DNA of 64,000 nucleotides from Candidatus Binatia bacterium (GTDB lineage Bacteria; Eisenbacteria; RBG-16-71-46; SZUA-252): NCBI GenBank assembly GCA_035631035.1, contig DASQJL010000096.1, positions 1,234 to 65,233 of the forward strand, read 5' to 3'. Shown piece by piece: positions 9,067 to 16,263 of this stretch (position 1 is its first letter; each line of letters starts with the position of its first letter). The notes under the pieces were generated by a model. It saw only the letters and a program-made list of their open reading frames with translations, ran no database searches and was not told where the DNA came from. The position numbers and the translations under genes were made by a program.

Positions 9067-9747
9067 ATGCCAATTCTCCCCCGCCGGACCGCCGCCGCGG
9101 CGCTCCTCCTGGTCCTCGGCTCGGCCTCTCTCGGGCGCGCGGCCACCATCGAGGGCGCCGTGACCCTGACGCCGGCCGATCTCTCCTTCCGCGGCGGGAT
9201 GAAGCCGGGCGCCTACATCGGGCAGCTCAGCGGAAGCATGGCGCGGATGGGAACGTCCGATCCGTCCGATACGACCTACGGCGTCGCCTATCTCGCCGAC
9301 CTCGCCGACACCGCCGGGATCTCGACGAGCCCGGCGCTCCTCGACCAGAAGGGGCAGCGGTTCATCCCGCGGATCCTCGCGGTCGTGGCGGGGCAGGCGG
9401 TGGATTTCCGGAACAGCGACAACATCTTCCACAACGTGTTCTCCTATTCGCCTCCCAAGAAGTTCGACCTTGGCCGTTATCCGCGCGGAAGGTCGAAGCG
9501 GCTGACGTTCCAGAAGCCGGGGCTGGTGCAGGTCTACTGCGACATCCACTCCGACATGCGCGCCGACATCGTCGTCGCGCCCAGCCGCCGGTTCGGCTAC
9601 GTGGACGCCCTGGGGCGGTTCCGCATCGAGGATGTTCCGGAAGGGAAGCACACCGTCGTCGTCTGGCTGCCCCGGCGCGGCGAGCGGAGCAGCGACGTCG
9701 ACGTGCCCGCGAACGGGACCGCCGCCCTGGCGATCGGGGCCGAGTGA
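9067..9747 (+). CDS. secreted cupredoxin-like protein (His...Cys-X2-His-X2-Met) fused to a carboxypeptidase-regulatory-like beta-sandwich
   Basis: ATG with AGGAG 6 nt upstream and a signal peptide. FHNVF...YCDIHSDM gives an amicyanin-like type-1 copper ligand set. C-terminal GRFRIEDVPEGKHTVVVWLP is CarboxypepD_reg-like. Confidence 0.7.
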   Translation: MPILPRRTAAAALLLVLGSASLGRAATIEGAVTLTPADLSFRGGMKPGAYIGQLSGSMARMGTSDPSDTTYGVAYLADLADTAGISTSPALLDQKGQRFIPRILAVVAGQAVDFRNSDNIFHNVFSYSPPKKFDLGRYPRGRSKRLTFQKPGLVQVYCDIHSDMRADIVVAPSRRFGYVDALGRFRIEDVPEGKHTVVVWLPRRGERSSDVDVPANGTAALAIGAE

Positions 9748-9764
9748 GCGGAGGCGTTGCCGGA

Positions 9765-11612
9765 ATGAACGTCGACGCCCCGGGCGTGACACCGCGACCG
9801 CGGATCTCGCTGCTCCTCAAGATCACCGTCCTCACCTCCCTTCCGATTCTCGGCATCATGATGGCCGCGCTCCTCCTCGTGAACCATCGCCTGGCGGGAG
9901 AGGTGAACCGGAACGTGGCCGCCGACCTCCAGCGCGCCGCGCTCGCCTTCGAGAACCAGATGGAGCGGGAGGGGGAGAACCTCGAGCGCGTCGGCGTGGT
10001 CGTGGCGCGCGATCCCAAGTTCTTCGCGCTCCTCACGCTTCCGCGCGGAGACCGGAAGGACGCCGACTTCCAGGCCACGCTGCTCGGCGTGGCGCGGGAC
10101 TTCCAGCACGACGCCGAGGCGCCGCTCTTCGACGTGACCGACGAGCACGGGACACTGCTCGCGAGGGCCGGGCAGGGCGACGATGCCGCCGGCAGAGCTC
10201 CCGGCGCGGGCGCCGACCGGTCCCGATGGCCGCTGGTGCGCGAGGCGCTGGCGGGGCGCGCCGCGCGGGGATATCTGGTGGAAGGGGAGCGCGCCTACCG
10301 CGTGGCCGTGGTCCCCATCGTCGTGGATGGCGCGCTCGCTGGCACGCTGACCCTGGGGCGCACCATCGACGCCGCGCTGGCCGAGCGCCTCAAGGCGACC
10401 ACGCGCAGCGACGTGGTCTTCGTCGTGAACGGAACCGCCTCGATCCGCACGACGCTCCGGAGCTCCCTGGCCGGGCGGCTCGCCGCGCTTCCCCAGAGCC
10501 CGGGCGTGGTCCAGGTGGCCGACGGCGAGCATCGCTTCCTCGCGCTCGCCGGCCGGCTGGAAGGGCCGACCGCCGGCGGACGTGTCGGCTTCGCGCTCCT
10601 TCGGTCCCTGGACCAGGAGACCGCGGTCCTCGGACGCGTGGGCCGCGAGCTCACGATCGCGGGCGCGGCGCTCATCGTGGTCGCCCTCCTCGTCGGCATT
10701 CTCGTCTCGACCGGCGTGACGCGGCCCGTCCGGCGGATCGTCGAGGCCGCGAACGCGATGCGCGGCGGAAACTACGACCTTCCCCTCGACATCCGGTCGG
10801 CCGACGAGATGGGGACGCTGGCCGCCCATTTCGAGGCGATGCGCGCGGCGCAGCGCCACGAGATCGAGCGCCTCGAGGAGATCGACCGCATGAAGTCCGA
10901 CTTCATCGCGATCGCCTCCCACGAGATCCTGACCCCGGTCACCACGATCCGGGCGTTCGCCGACCTCATGGGCGAGGGGGCCGCCGCGAACGACACCGAG
11001 CTGCAGCGGGAAGGGTTCCGGGCGATCCGCGAGGCCGCGGGGTCGCTGACGCGGCTGGCGCGCGACCTCACGAACATGTCGCTGATCGACCGCAAGCGCC
11101 TTCCGCTCCGGCTCGCTTCCGCCGACCTGGGCCTCGTCGCCGAGGAGGTGGCGGTGCGGACCATCGCGCTCGCCGCCGAGCGGCGCCAGGCCGTCTCCCT
11201 GTCGATCGAGCCCGAGCTGCTCCATCCCCGCGTGGACGCGGACTACCTGAGGCAGGCGCTGACCAACATCGCCCAGAACGCCGTGCGCTTCACGCGCGAC
11301 GGCGGCTCGATCGAGATCGGTGCCCGCCGGAACGGCGCGGCCATCGAGATCTACGTCGCCGACTCGGGCATCGGGATCTCGAAGGACGACTTCGAGCGCA
11401 TCTTCTCGAAGATCGTGGAGCTGAAGGACGTGAACCTGCACTCCTCGGGAACGACGGAGTTCAACTCCTCGGGACTCGGCCTGGGCCTCTCCATCGCCCG
11501 CGGCATCGTGGAAGCGCACGGCGGCGAGATCCGGGTGGAAAGCGAGCTGGGGCGCGGGAGCACGTTCACGATCTCGATTCCGGCCGAGGGATCGCTGGAC
11601 CAGGCCGCATAG
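9765..11612 (+). CDS. sensor histidine kinase (periplasmic sensor, HAMP, HisKA, HATPase_c); no cognate response regulator in window
   Basis: TM1, about 270 aa extracytoplasmic region, TM2, H-box IAIASHEILTPV, N-box NIAQNAVRFT, G1 DSGIGI, G2 GLGLSIARGIVEAHGG. GGAGG sits 10 nt upstream of the ATG. Confidence 0.9.
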   Translation: MNVDAPGVTPRPRISLLLKITVLTSLPILGIMMAALLLVNHRLAGEVNRNVAADLQRAALAFENQMEREGENLERVGVVVARDPKFFALLTLPRGDRKDADFQATLLGVARDFQHDAEAPLFDVTDEHGTLLARAGQGDDAAGRAPGAGADRSRWPLVREALAGRAARGYLVEGERAYRVAVVPIVVDGALAGTLTLGRTIDAALAERLKATTRSDVVFVVNGTASIRTTLRSSLAGRLAALPQSPGVVQVADGEHRFLALAGRLEGPTAGGRVGFALLRSLDQETAVLGRVGRELTIAGAALIVVALLVGILVSTGVTRPVRRIVEAANAMRGGNYDLPLDIRSADEMGTLAAHFEAMRAAQRHEIERLEEIDRMKSDFIAIASHEILTPVTTIRAFADLMGEGAAANDTELQREGFRAIREAAGSLTRLARDLTNMSLIDRKRLPLRLASADLGLVAEEVAVRTIALAAERRQAVSLSIEPELLHPRVDADYLRQALTNIAQNAVRFTRDGGSIEIGARRNGAAIEIYVADSGIGISKDDFERIFSKIVELKDVNLHSSGTTEFNSSGLGLGLSIARGIVEAHGGEIRVESELGRGSTFTISIPAEGSLDQAA

Positions 11613-11816
11613 GTCAACCGGCCAAGACAGATGTCGTAAATTCTAGACTACACGCCTAATCCGCTGCACTTCCGCAAGATAACGAATCGCTCCCCGAATC
11701 GTCAATTACAGGCGACAGATCCTGGTCCGTAGAGGTACCCGGGGATCTCGTTTTGCATGCTCGGCATGTGCCTGGCATATAGCAAGTTGTAGCCCCAATT
11801 CGACGGGGCCGTGCAA

Positions 11817-11981
11817 ATGGCACGGCGGCTGCTCAAGCATGTCTCCGTCGAGGCACTCGCAGACCGCGAGCGACGCAAACCGAAAACCCAAACCAACATG
11901 GGGTGTGAGATGGAAGCTCTCCTTCTGATCGCGTTCGTGATTTCGATGTTCGGTGACGGCGGCGGCAAGGCCGGCTGGTAA
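11817..11981 (+). CDS. mini-ORF A: 54-aa (or 23-aa from ATG 11910) single-TM peptide ending GGKAGW
   Basis: Translates to MARRLLKHVSVEALADRERRKPKTQTNMGCE-MEALLLIAFVISMFGDGGGKAGW. Lies in a low-GC island, uses atypical low-GC3 codons, and is paralogous to mini-ORF B in the same frame. Confidence 0.3.
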   Translation: MARRLLKHVSVEALADRERRKPKTQTNMGCEMEALLLIAFVISMFGDGGGKAGW

Positions 11982-12044
11982 GCAGCTCGATCCCAAGCGC
12001 AGCTCCAACGCAGCGGACCCCAACCCAAGAGAGGAGGTGGAACA

Positions 12045-12116
12045 GTGGCAACTCTCCTTCTGATCGCTTTCATCGTGGCGCTCGGAAACACGGACGGAGG
12101 TAAGGCAGGTTGGTAA
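12045..12116 (+). CDS. mini-ORF B: 23-aa single-TM peptide MATLLLIAFIVALGNTDGGKAGW
   Basis: GTG start 7 nt after AGGAGG. Codon-by-codon alignment to mini-ORF A shows synonymous differences (GCG/GCT, GGC/GGA, GGC/GGT, GCC/GCA) with conserved N-terminal LLLIAF and C-terminal GGKAGW, a purifying-selection-like pattern. Confidence 0.3.
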   Translation: MATLLLIAFIVALGNTDGGKAGW

Positions 12117-12378
12117 GCGGTAGCGCCGCAACGTAGCGGCGCCGTCCGCAGGGAAGGGCGAACCCCTGTGGGCGCTTGAGCGGACCGATGGGCCATCGGA
12201 AGTAGCCCCCCTGGTGGCCCGTCGTTTCGCGTTCGGTGGCGGAATGGAATCCAGGGGGGCGGCTGGCCAGCGGCGGGGGCGTATGATACCGTGGCCGGTC
12301 GTCTCCCAGCCACCGAACACGCACCGCGAAAAAGGGGCGCCGCCGTTGAGCAAACGTACCGCAGCCGAAATCGGGCTG

Positions 12379-14925
12379 ATGCTGCAATGCGATGTCCCCT
12401 CCGAAATTCCGGTGCTCCCTCTCATGAGCACCATCGTCTTTCCCCTCGGCGTCACCTCCATCCAGGTCCGGATCGAGCAGTCCAAAGCCCTCCTTCGCGA
12501 CCACTCCGACCCCGACACGCTCGTGGCCCTGGTCTACAGCCCGGCCAAGCGGGAGGAGGAGATCCGGCCGGAAGACCTGAGCCGGGTGGGACTCTCGGCC
12601 CGGGTCATTCGCATTCTCAACCTCCCCGGCGGAAACGTGCAGGTGACGCTGGAGGGATTGCGCCGGGTCGCCGTCGAGGAGTTCCTGCGCGTGGAGCCCT
12701 ACCTGGTCGCCCGAGTCACCTGCCCCGAGGAGCCGGTCCGGGACCCCGAGCAGGTGCACACCCTGATCCAGCGCATCCTGAAAGCGCTGCGGACTCTGTC
12801 TCAGGTGGACTCGGGCTACCCGGCCGAGCTGGACAACATCTTCAGCATGAACCTGGGAGACCCCGGGCTCTTCGCCGACACCGTTGCCTCGATCGTCCGC
12901 TTCCCGCTCGAGACCAAGAAGCGGGTGATCGAGGCGCTCGATGTCCAGGAGCGCCTCTCCCTGGTGGCCGAGGCGATCGACTCCGAGATCGCGCGCCTGA
13001 GCGTGGCCGAGGACGTCGTCCGGCGCACCAGCGCCCAGATGGAGAAGACCCAACGCGAGTTCTTCCTCCGCCAGCAGCTGATGGAGATCCGCCGGCTCCT
13101 GGGCGAGGACGACCCCCAGGAGATGCTGGTCCGCCAGATCCTGGACCGTTCGGACAGCCTGGCGCTCCCCTCCCACGTGCGGTCGGTGGTCCAGGAAGAG
13201 GCGAGCCGTCTCCGCCTCCTGCCTCCCACCGCGCAGGAGTCGGGAGTGATCCGGAACTACGTCGAGTGGGTCCTGTCGCTCCCCTGGACGCGCGACAAGC
13301 CGCACGACATCCGGCTGGAGGACGTGCAGCGCCGGTTGAACGAGGAGCACTTCGGCCTGGAGAAGGTGAAGGAGCGGATCCTCGAGTACTTATCCGTCCT
13401 CAAGCTGAAGAACGACATGCACGGTCCCATCCTCTGCTTCGCGGGACCCCCCGGCACCGGCAAGACCTCCCTCGGCGCCTCGATCGCGCGCGCGATGGGG
13501 CGCTCGTTCGTGCGGATGAGCGTGGGCGGCGTGCGCGATGAGGCCGAGATCCGCGGGCACCGGCGCACCTACGTCGGATCCCGCCCCGGGAAGATCCTCC
13601 GATCCCTTCGCGACGCGCGCTCCTCCAGCCCCGTGTTCATGATCGACGAGATCGACAAGCTGGGGCACGACTCCGACGGCGACCCCGCGTCGGCGCTGCT
13701 CGAGGTGCTGGACCCGGAGCAGAACCAGCACTTCGTGGACCACTTCATCGAGATCCCCTTCGACCTCTCCGATGTCCTCTTCATCACGACGGCCAACGTG
13801 CTCGACTTCATCCCCGGCGCCCTCCTCGACCGGTTGGAAGTGATCACCATCCCCGGCTACATGGAGGAGGAGAAGCTGGAGATCGCGCGGCGCCACCTGG
13901 TGCCCCGGGAATCGAAGGAGCATGGGCTGGCCGCGACCGACATCGCTTTCGACGACGCGGCGCTGATCAAGATCATCCGCGAGTACACGCGCGAGGCGGG
14001 CGTGCGGCAGCTGGAGCGCGCCATCGACACCTTCTGCCGCAAGGCGGCGCGGCAGCGCACGACCGGGTACACCGGCGACTGGCGCTTCTCGGTCGCGGAC
14101 GTCGAGCCGATCCTGGGCCCTCCCTACATCGTTCCCGACGTGGCGGAGGGGCACGCCGAGGTGGGCGTGGCCACCGGCCTCGCCTGGACGGCGACCGGTG
14201 GAGACCTGCTCCTCATCGAGGCGCTCAAGATGCGCGGCGCCGGGCGCGTCATCGTGACCGGACAGCTCGGCGACGTGATGAAAGAGTCGGTGCAGGCCGC
14301 CCACTCCTACGTTCGCGCGCGCGCGGAGCTGCTCGGGATCAACCCGCAGCTGTTCGACGACTACGATCTCCACATCCATTTCCCGGAGGGAGCGGTTCCC
14401 AAGGACGGTCCCTCGGCTGGGATCACGATCGTGATGGCGATCGCTTCGGCGCTGGCCGAGGCGCCGATCCGAAACGACGTGGCGATGACGGGAGAGGTGA
14501 CCCTCCGCGGCAAGGTGCTCGCCGTGGGCGGACTCAAGGAAAAGGTCATGGCCGCCTATCGCGCGGGGATCAAGACGGTCGTCTTCCCCGCGGACAATCA
14601 GAAGGACCTGGTCGAGATTCCCGAGTCGATCCGCTCCAAGCTCACCTTCGTCGCGGTGAGCACCGTGGACGAAGTCTTCCAGCACGCTTTCGCCGGCGTG
14701 GCCGAGCGGATCGCCCAGCTCGAGGCGCGGCGCAAGGCGCGCGAGGCGCTCAAGGCGAGGAAGGGGAAGGCGGCGAAGGAGAAGGCGGCGCGGCGGAGCA
14801 ACGGCAAGGCTCCGCGACGCGCGCGCCTCCCCAAGGCTGCGGGCGCCACGCAGGACGGCAAGCCGGCGCGCGGTAAGAACGGCCGGAACGGACCGGCGTC
14901 GCGCCCGCCTCATCGTTCCCGGTAG
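12379..14925 (+). CDS. lon: ATP-dependent Lon protease
   Basis: Lon N-terminal domain begins IPVLPL nine residues after the ATG, as in E. coli Lon. Walker [10 protein letters not shown], catalytic Ser in DGPSAGIT and catalytic Lys region. Lys-rich disordered tail. Confidence 0.95.
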   Translation: MLQCDVPSEIPVLPLMSTIVFPLGVTSIQVRIEQSKALLRDHSDPDTLVALVYSPAKREEEIRPEDLSRVGLSARVIRILNLPGGNVQVTLEGLRRVAVEEFLRVEPYLVARVTCPEEPVRDPEQVHTLIQRILKALRTLSQVDSGYPAELDNIFSMNLGDPGLFADTVASIVRFPLETKKRVIEALDVQERLSLVAEAIDSEIARLSVAEDVVRRTSAQMEKTQREFFLRQQLMEIRRLLGEDDPQEMLVRQILDRSDSLALPSHVRSVVQEEASRLRLLPPTAQESGVIRNYVEWVLSLPWTRDKPHDIRLEDVQRRLNEEHFGLEKVKERILEYLSVLKLKNDMHGPILCFAGPPGTGKTSLGASIARAMGRSFVRMSVGGVRDEAEIRGHRRTYVGSRPGKILRSLRDARSSSPVFMIDEIDKLGHDSDGDPASALLEVLDPEQNQHFVDHFIEIPFDLSDVLFITTANVLDFIPGALLDRLEVITIPGYMEEEKLEIARRHLVPRESKEHGLAATDIAFDDAALIKIIREYTREAGVRQLERAIDTFCRKAARQRTTGYTGDWRFSVADVEPILGPPYIVPDVAEGHAEVGVATGLAWTATGGDLLLIEALKMRGAGRVIVTGQLGDVMKESVQAAHSYVRARAELLGINPQLFDDYDLHIHFPEGAVPKDGPSAGITIVMAIASALAEAPIRNDVAMTGEVTLRGKVLAVGGLKEKVMAAYRAGIKTVVFPADNQKDLVEIPESIRSKLTFVAVSTVDEVFQHAFAGVAERIAQLEARRKAREALKARKGKAAKEKAARRSNGKAPRRARLPKAAGATQDGKPARGKNGRNGPASRPPHRSR

Positions 14926-14989
14926 CTGCCCGCGTTTCACGACGGCCGCGCGCCCGCCGCGCGCCGCCGCCAGGTTCACCGGACCGACG

Positions 14990-15304
14990 TCACCGCGCGG
15001 GCGCCTCCACGGATCGCCCTCCCACCGATTCGAGCACGATCCAGGTCGAGAGGATGACGAAGGTCGCCCGGACGTCCGCGCCGGGCGCCGCCACGAAGAC
15101 CACCCACGCCTGGGCGGCCGCGAGCGCCACGAACGCCGCGGTCCGGAGCGCCGCGGCCCTTCCGTGTCTCAGGGCCGCGACGTAGATCGCGGCGCCGAGG
15201 AGAATGCCGTGGAAGGGCGCGACGCCCCAGGAGCGCGGCGCGGCGAGCGCGAGGGCCAGCCCCAGGGCCGCCGAAATCACGAGCATCGCGACACGCGGGG
15301 CCAT
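14990..15304 (-). CDS. small polytopic membrane protein (hypothetical)
   Basis: 104 aa, Ala/Leu/Val-rich with 3-4 hydrophobic spans and few Arg/Pro. Start is 3 nt downstream of the lipoprotein gene stop. Confidence 0.45.
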   Translation of the reverse strand: MAPRVAMLVISAALGLALALAAPRSWGVAPFHGILLGAAIYVAALRHGRAAALRTAAFVALAAAQAWVVFVAAPGADVRATFVILSTWIVLESVGGRSVEAPAR

Positions 15305-15307
15305 GGG

Positions 15308-16042
15308 TCACTTGTCCCGGAGGAAGTCGGCGACGCAGGAGACGCCGCCGGCGGCCGCGCCGATGCCGCATCCGATCGCCGCGGCGTGGGGCGAGCCGGG
15401 CACCAGCTCTTCGGCGATGGTGGCGCCCGCGGCGCAGCCGGTCGGCATCCGCTGGGCGATGCAGTCGAACAGCTTGGTCCATTGCCGGCGCACCGGCGCC
15501 TGGTGCGCGCCTCCGGCAGGAAGGACCCACGCGTCGCCCGATCGCACCCAGGCGATCTGATTTCCCCACACGACGGAGTGGTATCCGATCTCGTCGGCGT
15601 TGGGCTCGCGGCCCATGATCATCTCCGCGAACTCGGCCGCCTGCTGATCGTTCCCCTCGGCCACGGAAACGAACACGGCGCGCGTCGGGTCGCCGTTCAC
15701 CGCGAAGGGAAGAATGGTGAGTCCGAGCGGCCCCATGTCCTCGACCTCGCCGACGGCGCGCACCGCGAGATCGAATCGGGGCTTGAGTCCCGCGATCGGC
15801 GCCTGGCTCAGCGCGCGCTGAACCAGGGGATTCCTCCCCGCCGCCTGCACCGCGCCGGCGAGCGCGGCGGGCTCCCAGACCCAGCGCGCGCCGCTCACCT
15901 GCGGCGCGTCGGACGGCAGATCCGGCGCCGCGATCCGCCGCTCCCCCTTGTTCGAGCACGCGCTCGTGAGGAGGAGAAGCGGAAGGACCGCGGCCACTCC
16001 CGCGACCAGTCCGCGAGAGACTTCCAGGTGAACCCTTCTCAT
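15308..16042 (-). CDS. lipoprotein (hypothetical)
   Basis: ATG at residue 679 of the track ORF; lipobox LLLLTSAC; AGGAAAGGGG upstream. Real-looking composition, unlike the Arg-rich 5-prime extension of the track ORF. Confidence 0.7.
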   Translation of the reverse strand: MRRVHLEVSRGLVAGVAAVLPLLLLTSACSNKGERRIAAPDLPSDAPQVSGARWVWEPAALAGAVQAAGRNPLVQRALSQAPIAGLKPRFDLAVRAVGEVEDMGPLGLTILPFAVNGDPTRAVFVSVAEGNDQQAAEFAEMIMGREPNADEIGYHSVVWGNQIAWVRSGDAWVLPAGGAHQAPVRRQWTKLFDCIAQRMPTGCAAGATIAEELVPGSPHAAAIGCGIGAAAGGVSCVADFLRDK

Positions 16043-16263
16043 ACGGCACCCCTTTCCTGTCGCGCGGCATGCGCGCGGAGTGGCGCCGAAGAGTGAAGAG
16101 GAGACGAGTGCGCGAGAGCAGAAAACGTTCCAGAGGAGGGAGGCGAACACGGACCCGCCCGGCCGGCGCGAGCGCGTGCGTCCTTGAGGTTGTGCCGGCA
16201 GTCGGCGGGAGACGCGGGACGCCGCGCGGGGCACGCGCGTCGGAGCCCTGACGGCGCCGGAGT

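Noticed and set aside
11979-12047. Possibility that mini-ORFs A and B are one gene joined by read-through of TAA (same frame, open 21-codon linker)
   Set aside because: TAA is an efficient terminator and ORF B has its own AGGAGG-GTG initiation signal. Noted but not called.
11702-12518. Two minus-strand ORFs (203 and 270 aa) spanning the AT-rich island
   Set aside because: They cross intergenic AT-rich sequence and the lon start, have no domain signatures, and are incompatible with the better-supported plus-strand mini-ORFs and lon.
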